Below are positions 9,854 to 21,882 of a DNA stretch of 64,000 nucleotides, in pieces; position 1 is the first letter of the stretch; every line of letters begins with the position of its first letter. A program made the translations under genes and the position numbers. The stretch covers positions 64,001 to 128,000 of the forward strand of contig CAWJTV010000031.1 of NCBI GenBank assembly GCA_963845755.1, in the 5' to 3' direction. The notes under the pieces were generated by a model. That model had not been told where the DNA came from. It searched no databases and saw only the letters and a list, made by a program, of their open reading frames with translations. This DNA comes from an uncultured Planctomycetota bacterium. GTDB lineage: Bacteria; Planctomycetota; Planctomycetia; Isosphaerales; Isosphaeraceae.

Positions 9854-12059
9854 TTACTCGAATTCGCATCCGGACGGCCGCTGACGCTCTCTGTCCGCCT
9901 ATCATCCCGGCTATTGCCTCCGTACTCCTAATCTTCCTCTCGATCGCAACGTGTGCGATCGCCGATGGGGGAGCGCCGACCGATCCGGAGATCGCTCAGG
10001 CGATCGCCCGAGGGGTGCGATTCCTCCGTTCCAGTCAAAGTGGAAATGGGTCCTGGAATGAACCGTCGCAGGGTAACCATCGACTGGGAATGACGGCGCT
10101 GGCTGGCCTGGCACTGATGGAAAACGGCGTCGCCGCCTCTGATGCGTCGATCGAGCGAGCGCGTGAGGTCGTGGTGGATCTGGCTCGGAATTCGAATCAG
10201 ACCTATGACATCACGCTGGCGATCCTGTTTCTGGCTCGACAACAGAAAGGACATAAGGGCGATTCCGACGCGTTGATCCGCGAACTGGCGGGGCGGCTGT
10301 CGGCCGGGAGTCATGGCGGGATCTGGGATTACCTCGTCCCATTGCAGGGTCGCGAAAACGTCTCCACCGGCGGCCGAGCGCGCGCGGCGCCGAACGACCG
10401 AAGGGCCGCCGAGTGACACGCGCTCAGGAGCCGGCGATCATTCGAACACTCAATTCGCCCTCCTGGGTGTGTGGGCAGCCGGGCGACACGGGTTCGACCC
10501 TGACGAGGCGCTGGAATCGCTCAATGACCATTTTCGTGCCACTCAACTCGACGACGGCCGCTGGGGTTATCGGGTGGGGATGGGAGGTAGTAATGCGATG
10601 ACCTGCGCCGGACTGCTGGCCATGGCAATCACCGCGGCGCGGCCCGGCCTGGCGGAGCACCAGACGGCCCGGGCACGAGGCGCGGCACTCTCCAAGGATC
10701 CGGCGTTCGTCGCCGGCCTGAAGGCCGTGGCCGCAGACGCGAGGCAATCCAATAATCAATCGGACATCTACTATCTCTGGTCGCTCGAGCGGGTCTGTGT
10801 CGCCCTGGGCCTCCGCACGATCGAGGACTTCGATTGGTATGGGCACGGCGCACGCATTCTGCTCGATCGCCAGGAAGACGATGGAGGCTGGCCTCCGCAT
10901 CAATGGGGACGCCTGCCCAATACGTGCCTGGCCCTCCTGTTCCTCCGCAAGGCGAACCTCGCTTTCGAGCTCGACCGGGTGTTGCGGCTGGCCGTGAGAG
11001 AGGGCGAGTCCGCTCCGGGTGGGGATGCGGCGGGGCCAAAAGCTGACGAGAGTAGTTCCATCGATCCCACGTCTTCCGCACCGCCTTCGACCGGGCCGGT
11101 CGCCGAGCGTGGAGCGGATGATGTAAGCGTCATCGTGACGGGGGCCAGCGAACAGGGGTTCCCTCGGATCAGCGTTCAATTCGAGGTCAAGAAACCGGAT
11201 GGAACGCATCTTCGCGACGCCCATCGCGACGATTTCCGCGTCACGGAAGAGGGGCGCGACGTGGAGGTCGTGCAGTTCCAGGCACCCGTGATGTCCGAGA
11301 CGATCCCGACCACGATCGTCCTGGTGGTCGACCGCAGTGGCAGCATGGAAAACGAGGATCGGATCGGCGGCTTGAAGCGCGCGGTAGCCTCTTTCTTGGA
11401 GAAGCTGCCAGACGGCTCGCGCGTCGCCGTGGTCGCGTTCAGCTCCGAGGTCGAACCGCTCTGCCCATTCACGACCGATCGCAGTCGCGTCCGTACGGCC
11501 GTAGACGGCCTCGAGCCCGAAGGCTCGACTCGATTCTACGACGCCGTCGCCGAGTCGCTCCACCTCTTGAACACGGAGTCAGGACGCCGTGCCGTCCTGG
11601 CCCTCACCGACGGTGAGGACACGTCGAGCCAGTCGGCAACTCTTACCTCGGTCATCGCCGACGCGCGCCGGCTCGGCCTGCCGGTCTACACGCTGGGACT
11701 CGGCTCCGAAGATGAAATCGAGAGCGCGGACCTCCGCAAGCTGGCCGCGTCGACCCGTGGCCAGTATTACCCCGCGCAACGCCAACCAGCTCCGCGCGAT
11801 ATACGAGCAGCTCGCCGAACGGATCGGATCGAGTTACATGCTGACCTATCAGTCCGACCGCAAGCTCCCGGACGGGACGCTCCGGCCCGTGCGGATCTCC
11901 TATCGCGGCAGTCAGGCGGTGGGTGAGACGGCCGTCTTCATCCCGGGCATGGTCGTACCGGCCGGGGGTTGGTCGCCGTTGTTCCTTGGGCTACTGTTCG
12001 TCCTGGGCATGCTGTTTGTCTTGCCTCAGGTCTTGACTCGGCGCGGGGCTGCTCGATGA
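9850..12059 (+). CDS. exported prenyltransferase/squalene-oxidase-repeat (alpha/alpha barrel) + VWA protein with C-terminal TM (frameshifts ~10370-10415 and ~11775)
   Basis: ATGA overlap and N-terminal signal-like segment. QW-like repeats SQSGNGSW, TQLDDGRW, RQEDDGGW and motif GDHSNTQFALL. VWA MIDAS VDRSGSM/GSTRFYDA/LTDGED. C-terminal TM followed by RR. Confidence 0.8.
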
Positions 12060-12351
12060 GCCCGAAGGCCGGTGTCTGATCAACCTGATGTTGAGGCCCG
12101 ATCCCTTAGCACGATGGGATCGGAGTCGGGAGGCAACGCAACGTCGATCCAACCAGGCCAAAATGAACGCGCGTACCCGGAATGTGCCGCATCGGTTTCC
12201 TCGCCATCCCGCCTCCCAGGCGGCACCGATCTCTATGGCCGCTGGAAAGTCCAGCAGATGCATCGTCGGATCCGGCTGGACGAGCCACGATCTGTGGGTT
12301 CTCGCGGACGATCAAGGTGGTCGTCGATGGAGCTGTTGTCCTCGTGAAGGG

Positions 12352-14701
12352 TCAATGAACTCGCCCTTCCGTGGTATCGGAAATAGCAGGCTTTGCTGAG
12401 TAGCCTGGGACCGAGGAGCGGCGGCGTCCGGGCGAGAGCACCCGGGGGGGTTCCGCCGGTTTCGGGATGTGGTAGTGGATCTCATGCAGCCGCCGATACA
12501 GCGCGGACGTGCTCTTGAGCTCGTGATCGGTTCCGACGGCTTCGATTCGCCCCGCGTTGAGCAAGACGATGCGGTCGGCGACCTGGATTGACGCCAGGTT
12601 GTGGGAAATCACGAAGGTTGTGCGGCCTCGCGAGAATTCCTCGATGGCCTTGCGAATCAGCACCTCGTCCTGGATGTCTACGGCGCTGGTGGCTTCGTCG
12701 AGGATCAAGATGGCCGGATCTCGGAGCATCGCCCGGGCCAGGGCAATGCGCTGTCGCTGGCCGCCCGAAAGTCCGTAACCGCGCTCCCCGACCACCGTGT
12801 CGTACCCCTGCGGCAAGGCCATGATGAATTGATGCGCATACGCCGCGCTCGGCCGCCTTGACGATCGCGTCGCGGCTGGCGCGCGGGTCGCCGTAGGCGA
12901 TGTTACTGGCGATCGTGTCCTGAAAGAGGATCGTCTCCTGGAGGACGATGCCGATCTGACGGCGCAGGCTCCGGATGGGGACGTCGCGGACGTCGTGTCC
13001 GTCGATGCGGACCGCCCCAGAATCGACGTCCCAGAAACGAGGGATCAAGTTCATCAGCGTGGACTTCCCGCAGCCATTGGGGCCCACAAGCGCAATCGTT
13101 TCGCCGTGGCGAACACTGAGGCTGACCCCGTCGAGAACGGGGGTGGTCCCGTTGTAGCTGAAGGTGACCTGGTCCACCTCGACCGCCTGGCGATGCCGCG
13201 GCAGGGCGGGCGCGTGCTTGAGGTCGATGACGCGCGGGGTCCGGTCCATCAGGGCGCAGATCCGATCGGCCGCGGCCGAGGCCCGCTGGATCTTCGAGTG
13301 CACGTTGGCCAGCTTCCGGATCGGGTCGGAGACCCCCGCGAGCATGGCGTAGAGTGCGAAGAGGTCCTGCATCACCATGGGCTGGGCCGCCAGTTGCAGC
13401 CGGAAGAACCCCAGTTCCAGGTAGATCGTCCGGTTCAGGACGAGGTAGGAGCCGGCCAGCAACGCGATCGCGACCGTAGTCAGTGTCAACATCTCGAGGA
13501 CCGGATCGGACATGGCGTCGATCATGGCAACGCGCACGCTCTTGCGGTACAGGTTCTTGGTCTCGTCGAAGAACCGGCGCCTCTCGACTCGCTCCATGGC
13601 GAACGCTTTGACGATCTTGATCCCCTGGAAGCTCTCTTGAAGGATCTTGTAGATCGTAGACATGCTCTCCAGCGAGCGCCGGACAGCACGCTTCATGATC
13701 TTGCCGACCCGGTACGTCGTCGCCGCCGAGATCGGCACCAGCACCAGGGTCAAGAGGGTCAGCCGCCAGTTGAACGCGAGTGCCCCGCCCAGGCAGGACG
13801 CGATCCGCAGCGGCTCGCGGATCATCTTGCTCATGAGCGTATTGAGGCCCTGCCCGAAGGAATCCATGTCGTTGGTGAACCGGGCCATCAGTTCCGAGGA
13901 GCCCTGGTCGGAGAAGCTCGCCAGGTCCAGATTGACCGTGCTCCGGAAGAAGGTATTGCGGATGCGAAACAGCGTCAATTGCATCACATCCGCCACGAGC
14001 ACTTCCTGGAGGAAGAGGAACACCCCCTTGAACGCAACGCTCAGCATCACCATCCCGATGAGCAGGACCAGGCTCTTGAAGCTGTCCTTGGGGAGATAGC
14101 GATTGATGGACGGCTGGACGAACTGACAGCGCCACAGCCACTTACCTTGGTTCTTCATCTCATCATCGAGGTCGGCCACGCGTCGGTTCAGGTAGGCCGT
14201 CTCATCCTTGGTGAGCAACGAACTACAATCTGCGAGTTCTTTCCATCGAGCATACGCGAGGCGCTGATCTTTTCGTAACGTTTCGAGCCGGGCGGCCTGC
14301 TCCGGGGCGGAGGGATCGGCGGCCTCTCGCCAGGCGTTGTTGCCGAGTTGGCCCTCCTGCTCGCGGAGCACGCTCTCCTTGCGAATATGGTCTGCGTGGA
14401 GGTTGCGAATGCGTTTCTTGAGATCCTCGAAATCGCGCTGTCCCGACTCGGCGACAGCCTGTACGCGCTCGGCCTCCCCTTTTCGTGCCTCCAGGATGTG
14501 GATCTCATCCTCGATCGCCTCGATCTTCTCCGCAATCCAGCGCTGCGGATTCTGGCTGTCGAACAGGATATGCAGCAGGGGATAGACCGCGCCGAGTTCG
14601 GCGAAGAATAGCAGGGCCACCATTGCCGCACAGCAGATGGACAGGCCGAATCGGACCTTGTAGGGCAGAGCGTACCGGACCAGCCGTGCGAAGTTTTTCA
14701 T
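12352..14701 (-). CDS. ABC exporter, fused permease/ATPase (MsbA-like), frameshift ~12845
   Basis: ABC membrane domain and Walker A GPNGCGKS; signature LSGGQRQR and ILDEATSA lie in the downstream fragment. Confidence 0.9.
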
Positions 14702-14998
14702 AGGTCGGAATTGTCGCGGACGGGAGAACCCAAAAAGCATCCATGCATCATCGGGATCCTCAAAGGTCCCGACGTTCGGGCGGCGGTTTCTTTACCAAGA
14801 TCGAGCGAAAGAGACAAGCCGACTTCGATTTCGATCGGCGGGCCATCGCGTGCGCGGCCACTCGGTCTTGGAAAACTCGGGACGGGTGGTTATGATCGTG
14901 CCGACTCATATGGCGATCGCCGCGCGATGAGCGAGTCTCTGAGTCCTCAAAGAACTCAGGGATCAGGAGGAAGGCCGCCAGCCGTCAGGGAGGACGGG

Positions 14999-16120
14999 AT
15001 GAATCTACTTGCCCTGGTCGAGACTCCCGACCACGTCTGCTGCCGATACCGCATCCGTGCCTTCGCCCCTTCCCTCCAGGAAGCGGGTTGGTCCCTCACG
15101 TGTGAAGCCCTCGAGCGAAGTCCCTTGGCACGGACCTTCCAGCTTCGCCGCGCGGCTCGGTACGACGCGGTGGTCTTGCAGCGTAAACTCCTGCCGGCGT
15201 GGCAGCTTCAGATTCTGCGCCGGGCCGCGCGTCATCTCGTTTTCGATTTCGACGACGCCATCCTGTACCGGGATTCGAACGACCCTCGTGGGCCGGAAAG
15301 CGGGAGGCGGCTCCGTCGGTTCACCGACACGGTCCAACGGATGGACACGGTCGTTGCCGGCAATGACTTTCTTGCCGATTGTGCCCTTCGTGCGGGAGCG
15401 AGGGTCGATCGCGTCCACGTGATTCCCACCTGCGTGGATCCGCAGCACTACCCGGTCGCGAGCCAGGTCGCGGCCGGAGGACATCTGGACCTGGTGTGGA
15501 TCGGAACCTCGAGCACCCTTCGAGGATTGGTGCAAGCCCGCGAAATCTGGTCGCCCCTGGCGAAAGCGCTCCCCTGGATGAGGCTTCGGATCATCTGCGA
15601 CCGGTTCCCCAACGATTTCCCGATGCCGGTTGTCGCGATGCGCTGGGAGGAGGCGCGTGAAGCCTCTCAGCTTGCCTCCGGCCAGATCGGCGTGAGTTGG
15701 CTACCTGAGGACCTCTGGAGTCGCGGCAAGTGCGGGCTCAAGGTGCTTCAGTACCAGTCGGCCGGCCTGCCCGTTCTGGCCAATCCCGTCGGCTGCCAGT
15801 GCGAGATGATCCACTCGGGCGAGAATGGCATCCTCGCCACGACGCCCGCAGAGTGGATCGCAGCCGCTACGCTCCTGGCCGACGATCCGATGCTTCGCCG
15901 CCGGATGGGTGCCGCCGGCCGCCTGCGCGTCGAGACGGACTATTCCCTCTCGGCCTGGGCCGAGACCTTTGTCGGCTCGATGACCGGAAGTTCGCGCCGC
16001 GTTTCCGCCTCGGCCCGCCGAGTGGATCGTCCGGACGGGCCCGACGGACGATCGGGGTTCGACGCCCACGCCGCCCGACTCAAATCCATCCCAAGCCTCA
16101 ACCCCGTTGGCGAGCGATGA
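14999..16120 (+). CDS. glycosyltransferase family 4
   Basis: Motifs RYRI, FDFDDAI, VWIG and GKCGLKVLQYQSAGLPVLANPVG; GGAGG RBS before ATG 14999 (alternative start 14927). Confidence 0.88.
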   Translation: MNLLALVETPDHVCCRYRIRAFAPSLQEAGWSLTCEALERSPLARTFQLRRAARYDAVVLQRKLLPAWQLQILRRAARHLVFDFDDAILYRDSNDPRGPESGRRLRRFTDTVQRMDTVVAGNDFLADCALRAGARVDRVHVIPTCVDPQHYPVASQVAAGGHLDLVWIGTSSTLRGLVQAREIWSPLAKALPWMRLRIICDRFPNDFPMPVVAMRWEEAREASQLASGQIGVSWLPEDLWSRGKCGLKVLQYQSAGLPVLANPVGCQCEMIHSGENGILATTPAEWIAAATLLADDPMLRRRMGAAGRLRVETDYSLSAWAETFVGSMTGSSRRVSASARRVDRPDGPDGRSGFDAHAARLKSIPSLNPVGER

Positions 16121-17944
16121 GTATTTGCACTCCGCAGGAACAATCCACCCGGGGGAACGCGGCGTCCACAACGCTCCGCGGCGCAACGGACCCCGATCTC
16201 GTCCCACGGATGTTCAAGCCGCCGGAATGGGAGTGGTTCTCCTTCGGCGACATCGGCTGGTGGGTCCGGACTGGCTCGTCCTGGAGCGAGATCCTCCTCG
16301 GCCCGGACGGGCTCCGGCTGGACGAATGGCGCAAAGACGGGCGGATCACGACGATCAAGTCGGGGCCGCATCGGGTCGTCTACCGCGCGGAACTTCCCGA
16401 AGGCGTCATCTACATCAAGCACTTCCTGGTCCCTAACCGCCGGGCGATCCTGCGCCAGTGGTTCCGGCGCGGAAAGGGTCGGAACGAGGGGAAACGATCG
16501 CGGCAACTGGCCACGATCGGGGTGCCGACGATCTGGCCGATCGCGCTGGGCGAGCTGCGGAAGCGGAAGTTCCTGTTCGAGAACTACCTCGTGACCCCGG
16601 AGATCGCCGAGGCGGTCCCGCTCGACGAGTTCGCGATGGTGCAGCTTCCGAGGTGCCCCGAGCCGCGGCGCGCGCGGGTCCGCCAGAGGCTGGCCTCGGC
16701 CCTGGGCGTGATGACGGCCAGGCTCCACGACGCCGGCTTCCTCCACGAGGACTTCCACCCAGGTAACATCCTCGTCCGATTCCCGATCGCGGACGAGCCG
16801 GAACTGGTGATGATCGACCTGGACGCGCTTCGCAGGCGGAAGCAGGTCGAACTGGAAGGCCGCCAGGCAGAACCTTGCCCTGCTCGATCATTTCTTCTGG
16901 CTACGGAGCAGCCGGACCGATCGGTATCGCTTCCTGGAATCCTACCTGGAGAATCGGTCGGGGGCTCCGCCCGCGATCCGCGGCTTCGCCGCGCGGATCG
17001 AGGAGTTGACGCGCGCCTGGGCCGAGCGCCTCTGGAGGCGTTGGGGCCGGCGGTGCCGGTCGACAAACAAGTATTTCCAGATCATTTCTGAGAAAATGTG
17101 CTGGTGTGTAACATCCCGCGACCTGGATCCCGGCGAGATCGCCGGGCTGATCGCCGATCCCGATGCCCCGTTCCGGGACCCCGGCGCGACTCTGATCAAG
17201 AACTCGCGGACGACGACGGTCGCCGAGACGACCATGATGGTGCGGGGGCGTCCGACACCGGTGATCTACAAGCGATTCAACCGCAAGAAGTGGCTGGACC
17301 CTCTCCTCAACCTGTTTCGTCCGTCGCGGGCCTGGCGTTCGTGGCAGGCCGGTCAGGACCTCGCCAGCCGCGGAATCCCGACGCCTCAGAATCTCGCGTT
17401 CCTCTCCCAACGGCGACCGTTCCGGCGCGACCCGATCTTCTGGTTCCTCCCCCACGAGACGTACCTGATCACCGTCAAGGAAGAGCCGGCTGTCAACCTG
17501 GCGACCTACGTCAGCAAGTTCCTGCCGGGACTGCCGCCCGAACTTCGGCGAACGCGCATTCGCCGACTCACGGCCTCGTTGGCCCGGTTGGTCCGCTCCC
17601 TTCACGAGCGGTCGCTCTCGCATCGGGACCTGAAAGCCGCCAATATTCTTATCCGCACGGATACCCTCGACCACGAGGATCGACTGAGCCTGATCGACCT
17701 CGTCGGGGTCCACCTCCGGCACCCGATCCCGCGGAGGCGACGCACCCAGAACCTGGCACGTCTGGGCCTCAGCCTGGAGAATGTCCCGGGCCGAACCCGG
17801 ACCGATGCCCTCCAGTTTCTTCGCCGGTATCTCCCGTGGGGACTGTCGCCCTTGAACGACTGGAAATCCTTCTGGCGATCGATCGAGCGGGCCAAGAGGA
17901 CCAAGCGGACCCGCAACCTGCGGCGCGGCCGGCCGCTCTCTTAA
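16117..17944 (+). CDS. lipopolysaccharide kinase (Kdo/WaaP/InaA family) with two tandem kinase domains, frameshift ~16850
   Basis: First domain: YIKH, HEDFHPGNIL, MIDL. Second domain: IYKRF, HRDLKAANIL, LIDL. ATGA overlap with the GT4 gene. Confidence 0.85.
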
Positions 17945-17972
17945 TTGTGATATGAAAATTTAAATCAATATT

Positions 17973-18098
17973 AGAATTCGAGATTCCAGATTCAAGATCT
18001 TATAGAGTAGTCATCGAGGAGCCGGAGGCTCGAATCTGGAATTCGGGATCGCCCGGAATCTTGAAGCCTGAATGCGGAATCGAGAATCCTGATTCCGG
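17973..18098. repeat. heptamer (GATTCCA-like) direct repeats followed by their inverted copies
   Basis: AGAATTCG-AGATTCC-AGATTCA-AGATCTT ... TCGAATC-TGGAATT ... GGAATCT-TGAAGCC-TGAATGC-GGAATCG-AGAATCC. Confidence 0.6.
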
Positions 18099-18155
18099 AC
18101 CGATCCTGCGTCACCGCGGCAACGCCGCATGAGGAGGGGAACCGTGAGAGTCGCG

Positions 18156-19091
18156 ATGGACGATCGACCAATTCGCCGGCTCTCCCGTGCGCTGGCGCTG
18201 CCGCTGGTCCTCGGCTGGATCGGCTGTGCGGCGTTCGATCGTGGCCAGGCGCTGGTTCCGACGCGTTACAAGATCCGGACCGGGCAGTTCCTCCTGCTCT
18301 CGAACTTTCCGATGACCGACGACTCACCCGCGGTCCGCTGTCTCCATGACCTGGAGCGCGATCTGGGCCAGCACATGGGATTCCGGCCGCCGGTCGCCGA
18401 CGACCCAGTCGAGATCTACGTACTCGACGATCGAGAGGCGTTCGAGCATTTTCTCAGGTTCTACTTTCCCGAGCTGCCGCCCCGGCGGGCATTCTTCCTG
18501 GCGCAGGGATCGGAGCGGGTCGTTTACACCTACTCCAGCCCTCGTCTCGAGGAAGACTTGCGCCACGAGGCGACCCACGCCGACCTCCGCGGTGCGTTCG
18601 GCGACCTGCCCCTATGGCTGGATGAGGGACTCGCCGAGTACTTCGAGACCGACCTGTCCTTGTCCGACGCCGAGCGCCCGCGCCTGGAACAGATCGCGGC
18701 GGACCTCCGCGGGGGCTGGTCCCCGAACCTCGAGCGGCTCGAATCGATGACCGAGATCCGTCAGATGACCCAGCGCGATTATCGGGAAGCCTGGGGATGG
18801 GTCCACCTCTTCCTCAACGGACCGGAACCGGGCAAGACGCTCTTGATCGGCTACCTCAAGGAAACGGACCGGACCGGAGACAAGGCGCGTCTCGCACCAC
18901 GCCTCGCCCAGGCCAAGATCACGAACGAGCGACTGCTCGCACATCTTAAAGCCCTACCGACTGGTACCGTTGTCACCAAATCCGGCCAAGAAAAGGGAAC
19001 TCCACGACTGCAAGACGGGCCGTTGGAACCTCTCGCCACAGCCGCATCGCGGGGAATCTGGCAGCGAGTCCGGACGTGGATCGGGCTCTGA
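18156..19091 (+). CDS. DUF1570-like zincin metallopeptidase, probable lipoprotein
   Basis: LRHEATH and PLWLDEGLAEYF motifs; signal peptide ending WIGC. Confidence 0.8.
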   Translation: MDDRPIRRLSRALALPLVLGWIGCAAFDRGQALVPTRYKIRTGQFLLLSNFPMTDDSPAVRCLHDLERDLGQHMGFRPPVADDPVEIYVLDDREAFEHFLRFYFPELPPRRAFFLAQGSERVVYTYSSPRLEEDLRHEATHADLRGAFGDLPLWLDEGLAEYFETDLSLSDAERPRLEQIAADLRGGWSPNLERLESMTEIRQMTQRDYREAWGWVHLFLNGPEPGKTLLIGYLKETDRTGDKARLAPRLAQAKITNERLLAHLKALPTGTVVTKSGQEKGTPRLQDGPLEPLATAASRGIWQRVRTWIGL

Positions 19092-19152
19092 ACGCATGGT
19101 CAACGAGAAGCCGGATCGATGTAACCGAACCGTTCGAGCGTCGAGGCCCATG

Positions 19153-20557
19153 TTACGAAGGAGCTCCGCTCCATCGGTTCAAATAGAGCAGACTGCGGCG
19201 GTAGGGTCCGAGCGCGAGCCAGAGCAGTGCGGCCCCGCCGAGATGTGCGGAAACGCCGACGATCAGCAACGAGTAACCGACCGCCGCTTTGTCGCGAAAG
19301 ACGTCCTCTGTCAGGGCGGCCACCACGGTCGGGCCCAGACCCATCCCGATGAGGTTGATCACGAACAGGTAGATCGCGGTTGCCTGGGCACGCATGGTGT
19401 TCGGCATCATCTGCTGGATCGCGGCGGGAGCGACGCCGAACGGCATGCTCATGAAGAAGACCGCCGGTGCCAGGAGCGTTGCCGCCCAGGCCGCCGAAGC
19501 GACGATCGGGAAGAGCATGCCGAACGGGAGCCAAGCGACTGCCCCCAGCAAAGCGATGCGCAGGTTCGCATCGCCATGGCCGCGCAGGCGTAGGAGGTCG
19601 GCCAGTCGGCCGCCGGTCACGATGCCCAGCGTGCCGCAGACCGCCACGATCGACCCGAACACCAGCCCTGTGTAACCCTGAGTCCAGCCGTGTCGCCGGA
19701 TGAACATGCTGGGAATCCAGTTGAAACCGCCGTATCCTTCCAGCGTCAGCAACGCGATTCCGAGGTTGAGGAAGAGGAAGGTTGCGCGGTTGTCGCGGAC
19801 GTAATTGCCGAGTTCGCGCAGCGATTCCCTCGGTACGGTCGTTGATCCGCCGTCGGACCGGCGCATGCCCTTGCGCTCGGGTTCGCGGATCGTCAACAAC
19901 AGCAGAGCCACCAGCAGTCCCGGCAATCCCACGAGCAGGAACACCTGTTGCCAGGGTCGAACCGTCCCGACCCACGGCAGCACTGCATGCTCCTGCCCGG
20001 CTGTGTATCCGATCACAAACCCGCCCAGGATGAGGGCCAGACCCGATCCCAGATAGATACCCATCGAGTAGACGCTCATCGCCGTGGATCGCAGCGCAGG
20101 ACGGAAATAATCCGAGATCAGCGAGTAGGCCGCCGGTGAAAGGCTCGCCTCGCCAACACCTACTCCCATGCGCATCAGGGCCAACTGCCAGAACCTCTTG
20201 GTGAGCCCGCAGCCGGCGGTCATCAGACTCCAAAGCGCGATGCCCGCCGAGATGAGACCGCGACGGCTCCGCCTGTCCGCCAGACGACCCAGCGGGATGC
20301 CGAAGAAGGTGTAGAACACGGCAAAGGTCGCCCCCATGAGCAGACTCATCTGTTTCTCGCCAATGCCCAGGTCATTCCGGATCGGGTCAACCATCAGGCT
20401 GAGGATCTGCCGGTCGATGAACGAGACGATGTAGGCCAGCGTGAGGACCGCCACGACGTACCAGGCATATCCGACCGATGGATAATTATCCAACTCGGGC
20501 GGTTGAGCCTGAGATTCGACGCTCGGCGTCGGGGTCGGGTTAGACGTTCAACTTCAT
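19153..20557 (-). CDS. MFS transporter (spinster-like); probable N-terminal frameshift, ORF track start 20493
   Basis: Motifs SFIDRQILSL, GRLADRRSRR, RMGVGVGEASLSP; 12 TM. Confidence 0.88.
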
Positions 20558-20653
20558 GGGAATCTCGTCTCTGCGGCGCCGTCGCCGAACGCCGGGTGAA
20601 GACTGCCTGCTGACATAAATCCGAATATTTACATGTTAAAAATTTACAAACTC

Positions 20654-21696
20654 TTATTTTGATTCGGAAAGAGACATGGGCCCGGACCGGCGCACGATCG
20701 TTTCCGCGAGGATTGCGATGGACGACGCTTCACCGGTCGGCTCCTGGCCAGGGGTCGGCTCACCGTCTCGCCCCACATCAACGAAGTGGGCGAGTCCTCC
20801 GCTTTCTGCCTGAGCACTCCACAAACGTTGTGTCATTTTGACCAATGGGGCGCCTACGTCCTCCTCCATGCCGAGTGGGCGGATCGCGTACAGGAGCACG
20901 CCCAGCTTGAAAGTATCGTGTTGACAGGCGGCCTTTTCTTCTCTGCGGAAGGCGAGCCAATCCTCAAACGTGACGTGATCGATCAAGGCCCCGGCCCGGT
21001 CATCCCAGAGGATCTGATCCCTCGGATCCGTGGCGCCACGAGCCTTGATGATCTCGCGGATTCGATGACGTGCCAGCTCCTTTCGACCCTGCCAATTGTC
21101 GTAGAGAGCGTGGTAGACAGCATGCTCCGCGAAGAGAAACGGATTCCCACGTCAAACTTCGGGTCCCATTTCTGGCGGAATACTCTCAAGTCCACGGTCC
21201 GTCCTCCGTTCGCGGGAAAGCGACCCAGAGAGTGGCCATGCACGTAATCTTCATCCGCCGGACAATGCATGATTTGGTCAAGCGGGTGAAAAGGCACGTC
21301 TTGCAGCCCATTCCCGGCCCAGCCCAGTCGGCGGATTCCGCTCTCCATCTCTCGAGCCGCCTCCCAGTCGATCGGCTTCAACGCCTTGGCCGCCCAGAGC
21401 ATGTCCGTGATGACATAACCCGCCAGCAGCTTGAGATCCTTGGGCTCGAGCGTCGGGTCCTTCCAGGCGATGATGCGGACCGGGAGTTCATCGCCCGGTC
21501 GGGTGATGGACAAGGTGTGTCGCTCGAGCCACTCCGCCGCCCGCATCACTCGCATCCGAGTGGAGCCATCATCGGGAAGGCGATAAGAGACGGCATCACG
21601 CCGCTCCGCTTCCACACGCTGAGCCCATGTAACTCCCCCGACCGAATTGAAAGACAGAAGCACGGACAGACCGGCTGCGACAGGTCTGGAAAACAA
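20654..21696 (-). CDS. secreted hypothetical protein (frameshifted, probably helical)
   Basis: Signal-like N-terminus. Coding-like fragments 20983..21696 and 20654..20986 join via two frameshifts. Confidence 0.5.
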
Positions 21697-21882
21697 GCTA
21701 CACCTCTAATTGACATTGCGTGCGGTGCAGTAATTCGGAAAAACGCTTGGGCGAACGCCAGAAAGACCGACTGCGCCTGCCTATCGGACCGTTGAAGGCT
21801 CAAGGCCGGTCCCACCCGGCTGCCAGGCATCGCGGCGGACCGGCCCTTGCGTGGCGCGTAGGTGATGGACCCGCGTTTCGGG

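Noticed and set aside
9850..11000. Squalene-hopene cyclase
   Set aside because: Single barrel, no DxDD motif, signal peptide and VWA fusion.
12106..12135. CIRCE-like TTAGCAC
   Set aside because: The right half-site and spacing do not match TTAGCACTC-N9-GAGTGCTAA, and it lies between convergent gene ends.
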